64,000 nt of DNA from Trinickia sp. (GTDB lineage Bacteria; Pseudomonadota; Gammaproteobacteria; Burkholderiales; Burkholderiaceae). Below are positions 1 through 9,707 of this stretch, piece after piece. The stretch spans positions 77,017-141,016 of the forward strand of contig NZ_JBQCIF010000015.1 in the NCBI RefSeq assembly GCF_051953955.1. Reading direction: 5' to 3'. Numbering within the stretch: position 1 is the first letter of the stretch; every line of letters begins with the position of its first letter. Below the pieces are notes generated by a model. It was not told where the DNA came from. It did no database searches and was given only the letters and a program-made list of their open reading frames with translations. Position numbers and translations under genes: made by a program.

Positions 1-896
1 GCTATCTCTTTCTCGCCACGCCGGCCGGCGAATCGATCCTGCGGGCGAACCATGCGCTGCAAACGTCGCTCGGCGCGCAGATCCGCTACTTGCCGCAAGG
101 CGAGCTGCAAACGACGTTTCCGTGGCTGAATACGGAAGATCTCGTGGCCGGCACCTACGGCGTATCGGGTGAAGGCTGGTTCGACGGCTATGGGCTCGTG
201 CAGGCATTGCGCAAGAAGGCGCAATCGCTGGGCGCGCGCTACGTCGCGAGCGATGCCACGAGCGTGCGGCGCGCGGGCCGACGCGTGACGCACGTGATGA
301 CGGCAAGCGGCGACGCGCTCGAATGCGACGTGATGGTCAACGCGGCGGGCCCCTGGGCGCGTCGCGTAGCGGACATGCTCGGTATCGAGCTACCCGTCCA
401 TGCGCGCCGTCGCAGCATCTTCAACGTGAGCTCGCCGGCCAAGCTGGAACGTTGTCCGCTGCTGATCGATCCGACCGGCGTTTACTTCCGGCCAGAGGGA
501 AAGACCTACATCTGCGGGACGTCGCCGAGCGCCGATCGCGACCCTGACGATCTGCCGCTCGACGAAGTCGATCACGCGCTGTTCGACGACGTCATTTGGC
601 CGACGCTGGCGCATCGCGTGCCGCAATTCGAAGCGCTGCGCGTCGAGCACGCTTGGTCCGGTTACTACGAATACAACGTGTTCGACCACAACGCGATCAT
701 CGGCTACCACCCCGACGTGGAAAACTGCGTGTTCGCGAACGGGTTCAGCGGCCACGGCCTGCAACAAGGCCCCGCAACGGGGCGCGGCGTCGCAGAGCTG
801 ATCTTGCAGGGCCGCTTCGTCTCGCTCGATCTCTCGCCGCTCGGCTTCGAGCGCGTGCTGGAAAACCGTCCCGTCGTCGAGCGCAACGTCGTTTAG
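1..896 (+). CDS. FAD-dependent oxidoreductase (DAO family), 5'-truncated by window edge
   Basis: The frame is open from nt 3 with no stop before the tracked ORF at 90. The translation (…GYGLVQALRKKAQSLGARYV…VMVNAAGPWA…GFSGHGLQQGPATGRGVAELI) resembles the C-terminal two thirds of DAO-type FAD oxidoreductases. The N-terminus lies outside the window. Confidence 0.8.
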   Translation, partial: YLFLATPAGESILRANHALQTSLGAQIRYLPQGELQTTFPWLNTEDLVAGTYGVSGEGWFDGYGLVQALRKKAQSLGARYVASDATSVRRAGRRVTHVMTASGDALECDVMVNAAGPWARRVADMLGIELPVHARRRSIFNVSSPAKLERCPLLIDPTGVYFRPEGKTYICGTSPSADRDPDDLPLDEVDHALFDDVIWPTLAHRVPQFEALRVEHAWSGYYEYNVFDHNAIIGYHPDVENCVFANGFSGHGLQQGPATGRGVAELILQGRFVSLDLSPLGFERVLENRPVVERNVV

Positions 897-935
897 CGCA
901 GCGAGCATTTGAAGAATTCGTAGGAGCATTCGAGC

Positions 936-964
936 GCCGCCTCGCAACGACGAGGCGGCCTTTT
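936..964 (+). terminator. Rho-independent terminator after the oxidoreductase gene
   Basis: Perfect 9-bp stem gccgcctcg (936-944) / cgaggcggc (951-959), followed by c-tttt (961-964), about 40 nt after the stop codon. Confidence 0.6.
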
Positions 965-1189
965 GCCGCCCTCTCGCCGGTCAGCTCAGCCCCCCCCCAG
1001 TCACTCGCGACTGTCACATTCCCTTCCCACATGCGTCACGGTCGGCCGGTATCGTTGCCGGCAGTCGCTCTCGCGGCATTCACGTTCGACCCAACCACGA
1101 GCAGACGAAGACGAGGCGCAAAAGCGCCCAGACCACACCGCTACGCTTCCGATCCCCGCAGTTGTCTGTCTTAGTCAACGGAGATTTAC

Positions 1190-3220
1190 ATGAAGCGACA
1201 TGAGAAGGTCAGAGGTGGTCCCGCAATCGTGCGCGCCGGCTTGACGGTCAGCGCGCTTTCGCTCGCGCTTGCCGGCGCGTTGCTGCCCGCGCTCGCCGCG
1301 AGCCAACCGCAACAGACTGCCGATCCGTCCACGGCAACGATGACGCCGATCAAGCACGTGATCGTCATCGTCGGCGAAAACCGCACGTTCGACCAAGTGT
1401 TCGGCGCGTATAAGCCACGCGCCGGCCAGAGCATCGACAACCTGCTCTCGAAGGGCATCATCACCGCCGACGGCCGGCCGGGCCCGAACTTTGCGTTCGC
1501 CGCGCAGAACACCGCGCAAGCCGTGGATCCGACGCGCTTCGAAATGAACCCTGGCGGCAAGAAGCCGTATAGCGTATTGCCCGCGCCCAACACCGGCTCC
1601 GCCCCGACCGCCGCAAGCGATACGAACCCGCCGCCGTTCGCGACGCTCGCCGCGGCGCAAGCCGCCGAAGGCGCCGTGCTCGAACCGCAAGACGTCGCAC
1701 AACTGACGACCGGCGCGACGGGCCTGCCGAGCGGCGTGCCCGACACGCGCTTCGGCGCGAACACGTTCAATCTACCGAACGGCCCGTATCAAATCTCGCG
1801 GGTCGGCCCGAACTACGACCAATACGTGGCAAGCCCCGTGCATCGCTTCTATCAAGCTTGGCAACAAGCCGACTGCAGCATGACGCGCGCAAGCTGGAAG
1901 AATCCGAGCGGCTGCGCGATGGATCTATTCCCGTGGGTCGAAACCTCGATCGGCGCCGGCAGCAACGGCAAGCCGCAGCCGGCCAACTTCAACGATCAAA
2001 CGACCGGTGAAGGCTCGACGGCGCTCGGCTTTTACAACGTGAACACGGGCGACATGCCGTACTTCGCCGAACTCGCCCGCAAGTTCACGATCAGCGACAA
2101 CTACCACCAACCCGTCATGGGCGGCACGGGCGCGAACAGCATCATGATCGGCACCGCCGACGCGCTCTACTACACGGACGGACATGGGCACGCCACGACG
2201 CCGCCTTCGAACGAAATCGAGGATCCGCGCCCGCGCGCCGGCACGAACAACTGGTACGCGCAAGACGGCTATTCGGGCGGCTCGTACAGCAACTGCTCCG
2301 ATCTCTCGCAGCCGGGCGTCGGAGCGATCCACAGCTATCTGAATGCGCTGCCGTATCACCCCAAGGCGAACTGCGCACCCGGTGCCTACTATCTGCTGAA
2401 CAACTACAATCCCGGCTACAACGGGGACGGCACGGTCAACGCGAGCAATTTCACGATTCCGCCGTCGCCCGTGCGCACGATCGCGGACACGCTGCTCGCC
2501 AAGGGCGTTTCATGGAAGTACTACGGGGAAGGCTGGAACTCGTTCGTCGCCAATTCGCCGAAGAGTCCGTATTGCAACATCTGCAATCCGTTCCTCTATG
2601 AAACGGCGATCATGACGAAGCCCGCGCTCGTCAAGGCCCACTTGCAAGACACGACCGACCTCTATGCCGACATCGCCAGCGGCAACTTGCCGGCCGTGTC
2701 GTTCGTGAAGCCGGGCGGTCTGCTCGACGGTCACCCCGCTTCGTCGAAGTACGGCCTGTTCGAGGCATTTTCGCGCAAGCTCATCGATTCGGTGCGCAGC
2801 AATCCGAAGCTGTGGGCATCGACGGCGATCTTCATCACGAACGACGAAGGCGGCGGCTACTACGATTCGGGCTATATCCAGCCGGTCGATTACTTCGGCG
2901 ACGGCCCGCGCATTCCTCTGATCATCGTCTCGCCCTACTCGCGCGGGGGCCGCGTCGTGCACCAGTACAGCGATCACGTTTCGCTCGTGAAATTCATCGA
3001 GCGCAACTGGCAGCTCACGCCGATCACGAACCGCAGCCGCGACAATCTGCCGAACCCGGTGCAAACGTCGTGGAATCCGTATGTCCCGGTCAATGCGCCT
3101 GCGCTCGGCGACTTGTTCGACGCGTTCCGCTTCGGTCATCGGCATCACGGCGACGGCGACGGTGACGGTGACGACAACGGTCAGAGCCATCAAGGCGGTG
3201 CGGGTTGGTCGCCGTTCTGA
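1190..3220 (+). CDS. Secreted phosphoesterase-family protein (phospholipase C / AcpA acid-phosphatase type)
   Basis: 676-aa ORF with 'ggag' just upstream of the ATG and a signal-peptide-like N-terminus (…LSLALAGALLPALAASQ). The motifs 'IKHVIVIVGENRTFDQVFG' and 'FITNDEGGGYYDSG' are typical of the phosphoesterase family. The tail is odd, rich in His and Gly-Asp (HRHHGDGDGDGDD). Confidence 0.8.
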   Translation: MKRHEKVRGGPAIVRAGLTVSALSLALAGALLPALAASQPQQTADPSTATMTPIKHVIVIVGENRTFDQVFGAYKPRAGQSIDNLLSKGIITADGRPGPNFAFAAQNTAQAVDPTRFEMNPGGKKPYSVLPAPNTGSAPTAASDTNPPPFATLAAAQAAEGAVLEPQDVAQLTTGATGLPSGVPDTRFGANTFNLPNGPYQISRVGPNYDQYVASPVHRFYQAWQQADCSMTRASWKNPSGCAMDLFPWVETSIGAGSNGKPQPANFNDQTTGEGSTALGFYNVNTGDMPYFAELARKFTISDNYHQPVMGGTGANSIMIGTADALYYTDGHGHATTPPSNEIEDPRPRAGTNNWYAQDGYSGGSYSNCSDLSQPGVGAIHSYLNALPYHPKANCAPGAYYLLNNYNPGYNGDGTVNASNFTIPPSPVRTIADTLLAKGVSWKYYGEGWNSFVANSPKSPYCNICNPFLYETAIMTKPALVKAHLQDTTDLYADIASGNLPAVSFVKPGGLLDGHPASSKYGLFEAFSRKLIDSVRSNPKLWASTAIFITNDEGGGYYDSGYIQPVDYFGDGPRIPLIIVSPYSRGGRVVHQYSDHVSLVKFIERNWQLTPITNRSRDNLPNPVQTSWNPYVPVNAPALGDLFDAFRFGHRHHGDGDGDGDDNGQSHQGGAGWSPF

Positions 3221-3267
3221 TCCCCGAGGCCTGAACGACACCGTCCGGCTCACCCAGTAGAAGAAGG

Positions 3268-3300
3268 GACGCGCGGCACGGAACACTCATGCCGCGCGTC
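3268..3300. terminator. Hairpin between convergent genes (possible bidirectional terminator)
   Basis: Perfect 11-bp stem gacgcgcggca (3268-3278) / tgccgcgcgtc (3290-3300) in the 143-nt gap between two convergent stops. There is no strong T-run. Confidence 0.4.
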
Positions 3301-3363
3301 GTTCTCGGGTGGCGCCGGGGTGGCGCCGGAACGGCGCTCGAGTTGCTACCGGCCGTCTGCGAT

Positions 3364-5334
3364 TCAATGCATCGCTCGCGCGCCGATCGCCTGCACGATG
3401 ATTTGAGCCGACGTGTCGCGTTGAACGCGCACGAGCGTATCGCGCATCGCATCGAAGTCCTTCGGCGTGCAGACTTGCCCGCCGAAATCGGCCCGCAGCC
3501 GGCGCGAGATCTGAACGACGCGCGAAACGGGATCGACTACGTACTGCGCGCTGTAGTCGATCGGCCCCGCGCCGATCGCGACGTCCGAAGGGACATAGAC
3601 GAGCTTCACGTCGCGCGGCAACGTCACCGTTCCGTGCTCGGCGAACGTGCCGCCGATGCACACGTACGACTGCGTGCGCGTGGAATTGGCCAGCCAATCG
3701 CCTACCTGCGACCCGATCCCGCCCGCGAAGCTCGATAACGCCGGCAGCGCCGTCATGCCGTCGTTCCAGACGACGTGCTCGAGTGTGCCCGTCATCGCGA
3801 CGGCAAACGGGCCGCTCGTGGCACCGGCGTCGCCGGTCTCGATCGAAGCGGTCCCGCGCAACCCTGTCCTTCGCAGCCGCTCATAGGCGATTTCGGCAGC
3901 ATGCGCACGCGTGGCACGCCGAAAGACGTTGCGCTCGAGCTCGGCAGTAAAGCCGTCGTCTTCCACGCGATAGCCGTAGCGTGCATTGCCGCGCTCGTCG
4001 ATCTCGAGATCGACGCGGGCATCGCGCCCGCGCACCTGCGTGGCGGGCGTTCTCGTCAACACGCCGTCATCGACGAGCAGCGCGGGCCGATCCATTACGC
4101 TCGGGGGCAAGAACCCGAACGCAATGCCGCCGCCGGACGTCGTATCGGCGAAACGGCCAAGCTCGGGAATCCAGACGATGACGTGATTGATCGCCCCCGC
4201 GCCGTATCCGGGCACGGCCGGCAACGTATAAACCGGACCAAGGCCGATCAAGGCGGGCTCGCTGCGAATGCCGACCGCCGCGAGCAACGCGCCGAACAGC
4301 GCGACATGATCCTTGCAGTCGCCATAGCGGTGGTGCAGGACGTCGATGACACGATGCGGTTTCGCTGCCGTCTCGCCGAGAAACAGCGCGACGTAGCGGA
4401 TATTCGCCCGTGTCCAGTCGTAAAGGCGCGCGGCCTTCGTCCACTCGTCGGGGGCATCGTGCGTCAGTGCGCGCGCCAATGCGACGACCTGAGGGTCGCT
4501 CGCGGTCGGGTCCGCCGCATCGGCGCGGTATCGCGCCGCGAATGCGGCGTAGCTCGGCACCGTCGTCACCATGAGCCGGTCGCCATCGTTCGCTTCGCCG
4601 ACGGCGCCGTGCTCGATGCGCGCAAACGGCCCATGGCGATAATCGAACTCGTATCGCGTTCGCCCGCGATCGGTGACGGGATCGCGCGCGACGTAACCGC
4701 GCGCATCGGCGTAAAGCGGCATGTCGGCAGGCAAATCGAAGACGAGACGCTGATCGAGCACCGGGTCCCGGGCCGGCACCGCGAAATATTCGAATACGCC
4801 GGGCTGCATCGCCTTGCGCGATTTGCGAAACGTCAGATGCTCGCGCCAGCCCGGCTCGATCCCCGGAAAGATGACCGTGCGCAGCACGCCGTCTTCGAAC
4901 GTCGGCGCACCAGCCGCGCGCGGCTCTTGCACGTCGCGGATCGCATCGGGGCCGACCGGATGCACCCCGCCTCGCGGATCGATCGATTCGGCGGAAAGCG
5001 CATCGATGCGCTCGATGTCCTTGTTGAACCAGACATAGCGCTGCGCGATGTCGTCCACACCCGCGACGGTGTTGGCCCGCAGCGTCGTCTCGTCGTTTTC
5101 GACGACAGAGCCGTCGCGCGCGACGGTGAAGACGTGCACGTCGGACTCGATCGTCGCGGGCGCGGTGTCTTCCGCGCGTGCCTCCGACGGCGAGGCCCGA
5201 GCCGCGGTGCCGGCTTGCGCGACGATGCACGACAGCAGACAGGCGATGACGCGAAGCGCCGCCGCGCGTCGCCGGCTCGGGCTCGGGCTCAGGCTCGGGC
5301 AATGCGGACGAAAGGCCCGCTCGCACGTCTTCAT
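3364..5334 (-). CDS. DUF3857-type N-terminal domain + transglutaminase-like cysteine protease domain protein (exported)
   Basis: 'HHRYGDCKDHVALFGALLAAVGI' matches the transglutaminase-core Cys motif. There is a hydrophobic signal-like stretch, 'ALRVIACLLSCIVAQAGTAARA'. The track ORF runs to 5424, but I prefer the ATG at 5334, which overlaps the upstream araC-like stop (ATGA). Confidence 0.75.
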   Translation of the reverse strand: MKTCERAFRPHCPSLSPSPSRRRAAALRVIACLLSCIVAQAGTAARASPSEARAEDTAPATIESDVHVFTVARDGSVVENDETTLRANTVAGVDDIAQRYVWFNKDIERIDALSAESIDPRGGVHPVGPDAIRDVQEPRAAGAPTFEDGVLRTVIFPGIEPGWREHLTFRKSRKAMQPGVFEYFAVPARDPVLDQRLVFDLPADMPLYADARGYVARDPVTDRGRTRYEFDYRHGPFARIEHGAVGEANDGDRLMVTTVPSYAAFAARYRADAADPTASDPQVVALARALTHDAPDEWTKAARLYDWTRANIRYVALFLGETAAKPHRVIDVLHHRYGDCKDHVALFGALLAAVGIRSEPALIGLGPVYTLPAVPGYGAGAINHVIVWIPELGRFADTTSGGGIAFGFLPPSVMDRPALLVDDGVLTRTPATQVRGRDARVDLEIDERGNARYGYRVEDDGFTAELERNVFRRATRAHAAEIAYERLRRTGLRGTASIETGDAGATSGPFAVAMTGTLEHVVWNDGMTALPALSSFAGGIGSQVGDWLANSTRTQSYVCIGGTFAEHGTVTLPRDVKLVYVPSDVAIGAGPIDYSAQYVVDPVSRVVQISRRLRADFGGQVCTPKDFDAMRDTLVRVQRDTSAQIIVQAIGARAMH

Positions 5335-6305
5335 GACTGCCAGCGCGCTCGGTACGCGCGCGGAGCAATGCCGAACTCGGCTCTGAACGCCCGGTTGAAA
5401 TTCGACAGATCGGCGAAGCCGCAATCGAATGCGACGTCGACGATCTTGCCGGGCGCATCGGCCAGCCGCTGCGCCGCGGCCCGCAACCGCGAACGTAGAA
5501 CGTACTGATGCGGTGTCACGCCCGTCGCGCGCTCGAACGTGCGCAGGAAGTGATAAGGGCTGAGCCCGGCGTCCTCCGCCAGCGTATCCAAGCCGAACTC
5601 GCCGTCAGGACGCGCCTCGATCTGCCTCACCGTCTCGATGACGCGCGCGAGTGCGGCGGGCGCGACGCGCTTCGCATCGGTCCGCGGCACGATCCCAGTG
5701 AGCCGCACGACGCGGATCGCGAGCGCTTGCGCCATCTCGTCCCATGCCAAGCCGGGGAGTCGGTCGAGCCCCGATGCGGCCGTCGCGCCCGTGCTCGCCG
5801 CGGCAACGAACGGCGCAAGCGCCTGCGACGGCTCGATACGGGCCGCGCCGAATGCAGGCGCGGGACCGGCGCCACCGGCGTCGGCAAACAAACGCTCGAA
5901 GTATTCCGGCCGATAGCGAAACGCGATGCAGCGATCGCCGGCTCGATGGCGATGGCCGCATTCGAAACATTCGCCGGCATGGCCGAGCATGACCGCGCCG
6001 GGCGTCATCAACGCACGGCCCGTTTCCGACCGGTATTCGAATGCACCGGCGGCAACGAGCGCAATGCAGAAAGCCTCATGGTGCTCCTCGAACGCATGGT
6101 CGCCGGGGCCGCACGTGCATAGTACGTCGGCCACTTCCCAGCCCCGGCCGCGCGCGAGGGTACGCGGCTCGGTCGTCCCGGCCGCCGCGTCGCGCGCGCG
6201 CCGCACGAGCGCGCGTTCCAGATCCAGCGCAATTTTTGCCAAGATTCGCCTCGCTGAACGCCCTATCGTGATCGCACCTTCCGCGTGTGCCGCAGCATGG
6301 GACAC
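5331..6305 (-). CDS. AraC-family transcriptional regulator
   Basis: The C-terminal double HTH ('…GLSPYHFLRTFERATGVTPHQYVLRSRLRAAAQRL…DVAFDCGFADLSNFNRAFRAEFGIAPRAYR') is the AraC/XylS signature. The N-terminus is cupin-like. Confidence 0.85.
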   Translation of the reverse strand: MSHAAAHAEGAITIGRSARRILAKIALDLERALVRRARDAAAGTTEPRTLARGRGWEVADVLCTCGPGDHAFEEHHEAFCIALVAAGAFEYRSETGRALMTPGAVMLGHAGECFECGHRHRAGDRCIAFRYRPEYFERLFADAGGAGPAPAFGAARIEPSQALAPFVAAASTGATAASGLDRLPGLAWDEMAQALAIRVVRLTGIVPRTDAKRVAPAALARVIETVRQIEARPDGEFGLDTLAEDAGLSPYHFLRTFERATGVTPHQYVLRSRLRAAAQRLADAPGKIVDVAFDCGFADLSNFNRAFRAEFGIAPRAYRARWQS

Positions 6306-6339
6306 GCGGCGTCACGACACTTCGCCAAGGAGATCATCG

Positions 6340-6900
6340 ATGAGCCCTATCGAAAGCCTCACCCCCGAAGCCTTGCTGCCCGCCCTCGCCGCCCCCGGCC
6401 GCGCGGCCGGCATCGAGGAAGCCGACGACGTCTACGGTTGGCTGGTCGGCAGTTGGTCGCTACAGGTGCTGCATTATCGCGGATGCGACGTGCGTAGCGA
6501 ACGTTTGACCGCCGAAGTGCACGCCGGCTGGGTGCTCGAAGGACGCGCCATACAGGATGTCTGGATTATGCCTTGCCGCGAGGATCGCCGCGCGGGCCGG
6601 ATGGCGCGTGACCCGCTGAACGACATGTACGGCTCGACGCTGCGCATGTGGGACCCGGCCCTGCGCGCTTGGCGCATTGCGTGGAACAATCCCGCGACCG
6701 GCCATCGCGAAACGCAGATCGGCCGGCGAATCGCCGAAGAAATCGTGCAAACGGGAGCCCGCGCCGATGGTCAGGCGACGCGCTGGCGCTTCACGGAAAT
6801 CACAGCGAACGGCTTTCATTGGATCGGCGAAGCGCTCGACGCCGACGGCAAGACCTGGCGACTCGAAGGCGAGTTCATCGCCACGCGCATCAACGCGTAG
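6340..6900 (+). CDS. Hypothetical protein (186 aa), no motif recognised
   Basis: The ATG at 6340 is preceded by 'aaggag' (6327-6332). The N-terminal part of the track ORF 5926..6900 overlaps the araC-like gene and is Arg/Ser/Pro-rich junk. The protein (MSPIESLTPEALLP…WRLEGEFIATRINA) has normal composition. Confidence 0.55.
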   Translation: MSPIESLTPEALLPALAAPGRAAGIEEADDVYGWLVGSWSLQVLHYRGCDVRSERLTAEVHAGWVLEGRAIQDVWIMPCREDRRAGRMARDPLNDMYGSTLRMWDPALRAWRIAWNNPATGHRETQIGRRIAEEIVQTGARADGQATRWRFTEITANGFHWIGEALDADGKTWRLEGEFIATRINA

Positions 6901-6939
6901 CCTAGCGTAGCAGTAGCGCACTGCTTCCGATACGCATCA

Positions 6940-8166
6940 TCAGCGCGCGCCTCGAGCACCCTCCTCCAAGGCGCGGCGCAACGAGAGCCCGATGGCCAGC
7001 GCCGCCAGCTCGATCTGAGCCGGACTCGGGCAGCTCGGCGCAATGCGCAAGTGCCGATCACGCGGATCGACGCGATACGGAAACGCCGCGCCGGCGGGCG
7101 TCAGCACCACGCCTGCTTGGGCAGCCAGTTCGACGGTCCGCTTCGCATGGCCGTCGGGCACGAACAAGCTCACGAAATAGCCGCCTTTCGGCTTCGTCCA
7201 TGATACGCCGGGGACATCGCCGAGCAACGCCCGCAACGACGCATCGAGCGCTTCGAACTTCGGCTGCAAAATCGCCCGATGACGCTGCATCAACCGCTCG
7301 AGCCCGGCGCGGTCCCGCAAATGATGGACGTGCCGCAGCTGGTTCAGCTTATCGGGCCCGATGGTGCGCACGGAGACGCAGCGCTGCCACCAATCGATGT
7401 TGCCCGGCGATGAGGCGAGAAACGCAAGCCCGCCGCCTCCGAACGTCACTTTCGAAGTCGAAGCGAAGACGAGCGCGCGGTCGGGATGACCAGCCTCGGT
7501 GCAGGCAGCCACGATGTCGGGTGTGGCGTACCGCTCCTGCGTCAAATGATGAAAGCGGTAAGCGTCATCCCACAGCAGGAAAAAATCGGGCGCCGCCGCC
7601 CGCATGCGCGCAAGACGCCGCACCGTTTCATGCGAATAGATCGCCCCCGTGGGATTGCCGTAGAGCGGCGTGCACCAGATGCCCTTGATCGCGGGGTCTG
7701 CCGCGACGAGCGCCTCGACGCGCTCCATATCGGGACCGTCGTCGTTCGTCGGCACTGCGATCATGCGAATGCCGAGCGCTTCGCAGATCGCGAAGTGCCG
7801 GTCGTAGCCAGGCACCGGACACAAGAATGCGACGTCGGCGGTGCGCGCCCACGGCTCGCCCTGAGCAGTGCCCCGCAGCATCGCGAACGCGAGTGCATCG
7901 TGCATGAGCTCGAGGCTCGAATTACCGGCCGCGACGACTTGATCCGCAGGCAGCCCGAGCAATTGCGCGCCCAGCTCTCGCGCTTCGGGCAAGCCGAGCA
8001 CGTGACCATAGTTGCGGCAATCGATTCCGTCGCGCGATCGATACCCGGCCTGCCCCACGTCGTCGATCAACGCCTGCGAAAGATCGAGTTGCTCGGGGGC
8101 GGGCTTGCCGCGCGTCATATCGATCGAAAGGCGCTGCGCCTTGAATTCCTCGTAAGTCATCGTCAT
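6940..8166 (-). CDS. PLP-dependent aminotransferase (class I/II fold)
   Basis: 408-aa ORF. '…VFASTSKVTFGGGGLAFL…' has the S-x-S-K lysine context of fold-type I aminotransferases. It is divergent from a LysR gene. Confidence 0.8.
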   Translation of the reverse strand: MTMTYEEFKAQRLSIDMTRGKPAPEQLDLSQALIDDVGQAGYRSRDGIDCRNYGHVLGLPEARELGAQLLGLPADQVVAAGNSSLELMHDALAFAMLRGTAQGEPWARTADVAFLCPVPGYDRHFAICEALGIRMIAVPTNDDGPDMERVEALVAADPAIKGIWCTPLYGNPTGAIYSHETVRRLARMRAAAPDFFLLWDDAYRFHHLTQERYATPDIVAACTEAGHPDRALVFASTSKVTFGGGGLAFLASSPGNIDWWQRCVSVRTIGPDKLNQLRHVHHLRDRAGLERLMQRHRAILQPKFEALDASLRALLGDVPGVSWTKPKGGYFVSLFVPDGHAKRTVELAAQAGVVLTPAGAAFPYRVDPRDRHLRIAPSCPSPAQIELAALAIGLSLRRALEEGARGAR

Positions 8167-8302
8167 CGCTCGTCCAATGTGGAAAAGGGTCGAACCGCCC
8201 GGTGCGATCGAGTATGACGATTCCCCTGCCTTCAGACAAACGCGTTATATTGATCTTGGCCTTCAGATTTTCTGATGGCACAAAGTCATAACCTCCGACA
8301 TC

Positions 8303-9154
8303 GTGAAAACACTCGATTTGGATGTGCTGTCGATGGTCGTGGCCGTCGCCGATGCGGGCAGCTTCGTGCGCGGCGCGGCCCTCGTCCATCGCTCGCAGTC
8401 GGCCGTGAGCATGCAGGTCAAAGCCCTCGAGCAGGCACTCGGCAAGCCCCTGTTCGAGCGGCACCCACGCAGCGTCGTGCCGACGCAGGAGGGCCTCGTG
8501 CTGGCCGATTACGCGCGGCGCATGCTGGCGCTGCGCGACGAAGCGTGGGCCGCGCTCGTGCATCCGGACGTGAAGGGGCGCGTAGTCATCGGCGTGCCCG
8601 ACGACTACGCGTCATCGCTGCTGCCGCCCGTTCTGCGCAAGTTTTCGGCGATCTACCCCAAGGTGGAAATCCAGGTGATCGGGCTGCCCAGCCACGCGTT
8701 GGCTCCGCTCGTGAACGAGGACAAGGTCGATCTGGCCTGCATGACGCGCGTCAAAGGCATCCGCGGCAAACGGGTGCGGCTCGAGCCGATCGTCTGGGCC
8801 GGCGCGCCGCGCGGGTCCGCTCCCTGGCGAGAGCGCCCCCTGCCGATCGCCGTATTCGCCTCGGGCAGCGTCGCGCGAGAGAACGCGATTCGCGCACTCA
8901 AGCAAGCGCGGATTGCCCACCGAACGTCCTACGAGAGCCCAAGCCTGCTCGGTCTCTTCAGCATGGTCGAAGCGGGGCTCGCCGTGGCGCCGATCGCGCG
9001 CTGCGCCATGCCTGAACGGTTCGTCGAGCTAGGGCGCGCCCACGGGCTGCCCGCCCTGCCGCCGCTGGAAATCGTGCTCGCCCGCAGCGCACGGTCGATG
9101 CGCCCCGAGTGCGACTTTCTCGCCGAGCAGATACTTCAGGAATTGAGGATTTGA
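8303..9154 (+). CDS. LysR-family transcriptional regulator
   Basis: N-terminal wHTH 'LDLDVLSMVVAVADAGSFVRGAALVHRSQSAVSMQVKALEQALGKPLFER', followed by a LysR substrate-binding-like remainder. Confidence 0.9.
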   Translation: MKTLDLDVLSMVVAVADAGSFVRGAALVHRSQSAVSMQVKALEQALGKPLFERHPRSVVPTQEGLVLADYARRMLALRDEAWAALVHPDVKGRVVIGVPDDYASSLLPPVLRKFSAIYPKVEIQVIGLPSHALAPLVNEDKVDLACMTRVKGIRGKRVRLEPIVWAGAPRGSAPWRERPLPIAVFASGSVARENAIRALKQARIAHRTSYESPSLLGLFSMVEAGLAVAPIARCAMPERFVELGRAHGLPALPPLEIVLARSARSMRPECDFLAEQILQELRI

Positions 9155-9196
9155 AGACGCCGAGGCGGGCTGAAGACGCGAGGCGGAAGACGAGGC
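9153..9196. repeat. Three imperfect tandem copies of GAAGACG(C)(C)GAGGCGG in the gap between two convergent genes
   Basis: gaagacgccgaggcgg (9153-9168), gaagacgcgaggcgg (9172-9186) and gaagacgaggc (9186-9196), read directly from the sequence. Confidence 0.45.
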
Positions 9197-9220
9197 ATCG
9201 CCCGCTTTGTTTCCCGGCAG

Positions 9221-9526
9221 TCAGAACAACGCGCGCTGACGCTGCTGGGCCATCGAAACGACGTCGAGTTCGTCCAGACGCTTGCGGGCCTTGGCCAAAT
9301 CGTGCACTAGCTGGCGTTGCAACCAGGTTTCGGCGCCGCCGCCGAACGCCTTGTCGAGACGCAGCGCCATCTCGGGCGAAATGCCCGCCTTGCCGCTCAG
9401 GAGATTGGTCAGCGCCTGGCGGCTCACGCCGAGCACCGCCGCCCCCTCGGTCACGCTGAGGTTGTGCCGCTCGAGGCAGAGCTGGCGCACCACTGCGCCC
9501 GGATGAATGTTGTCGGTATCGGCCAT
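9221..9526 (-). CDS. higA: HigA-family antitoxin (XRE-type HTH)
   Basis: 101 aa. '[66 protein letters not shown]' is the canonical HigA/VapI antidote pattern. Confidence 0.8.
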   Translation of the reverse strand: MADTDNIHPGAVVRQLCLERHNLSVTEGAAVLGVSRQALTNLLSGKAGISPEMALRLDKAFGGGAETWLQRQLVHDLAKARKRLDELDVVSMAQQRQRALF

Positions 9527-9707
9527 GGGCCGAAACCATAGCGGCGAAGCGCTAGTCCGTCAATCGACAAGTGCCGATTGTCTACCGCGCGCATCACCGC
9601 ACCGCACGGCGGATTGACAGAATCGAGGCGTTCGGCTCAACGCGAGTTCGAACGCGCGTGCCGCCCCGTCTCGCATCGCATGGCGGCGCATTGCCGCGGC
9701 CACGCGA

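Noticed and set aside
1011-1032. CTGTCAC half-site upstream of the phosphoesterase gene as a possible Pho box.
   Set aside because: The second 7-bp repeat, 11 bp downstream, is poor (CCTTCCC versus CTGTCAT). A single half-site is not sufficient evidence.
9527-9707. Possible degraded higB toxin upstream of higA.
   Set aside because: I translated the three minus-strand frames of roughly the HigA-proximal 170 nt by hand. No RelE/HigB-like motif turned up, the frames are interrupted, and the gap is too short for a ~90-aa toxin.
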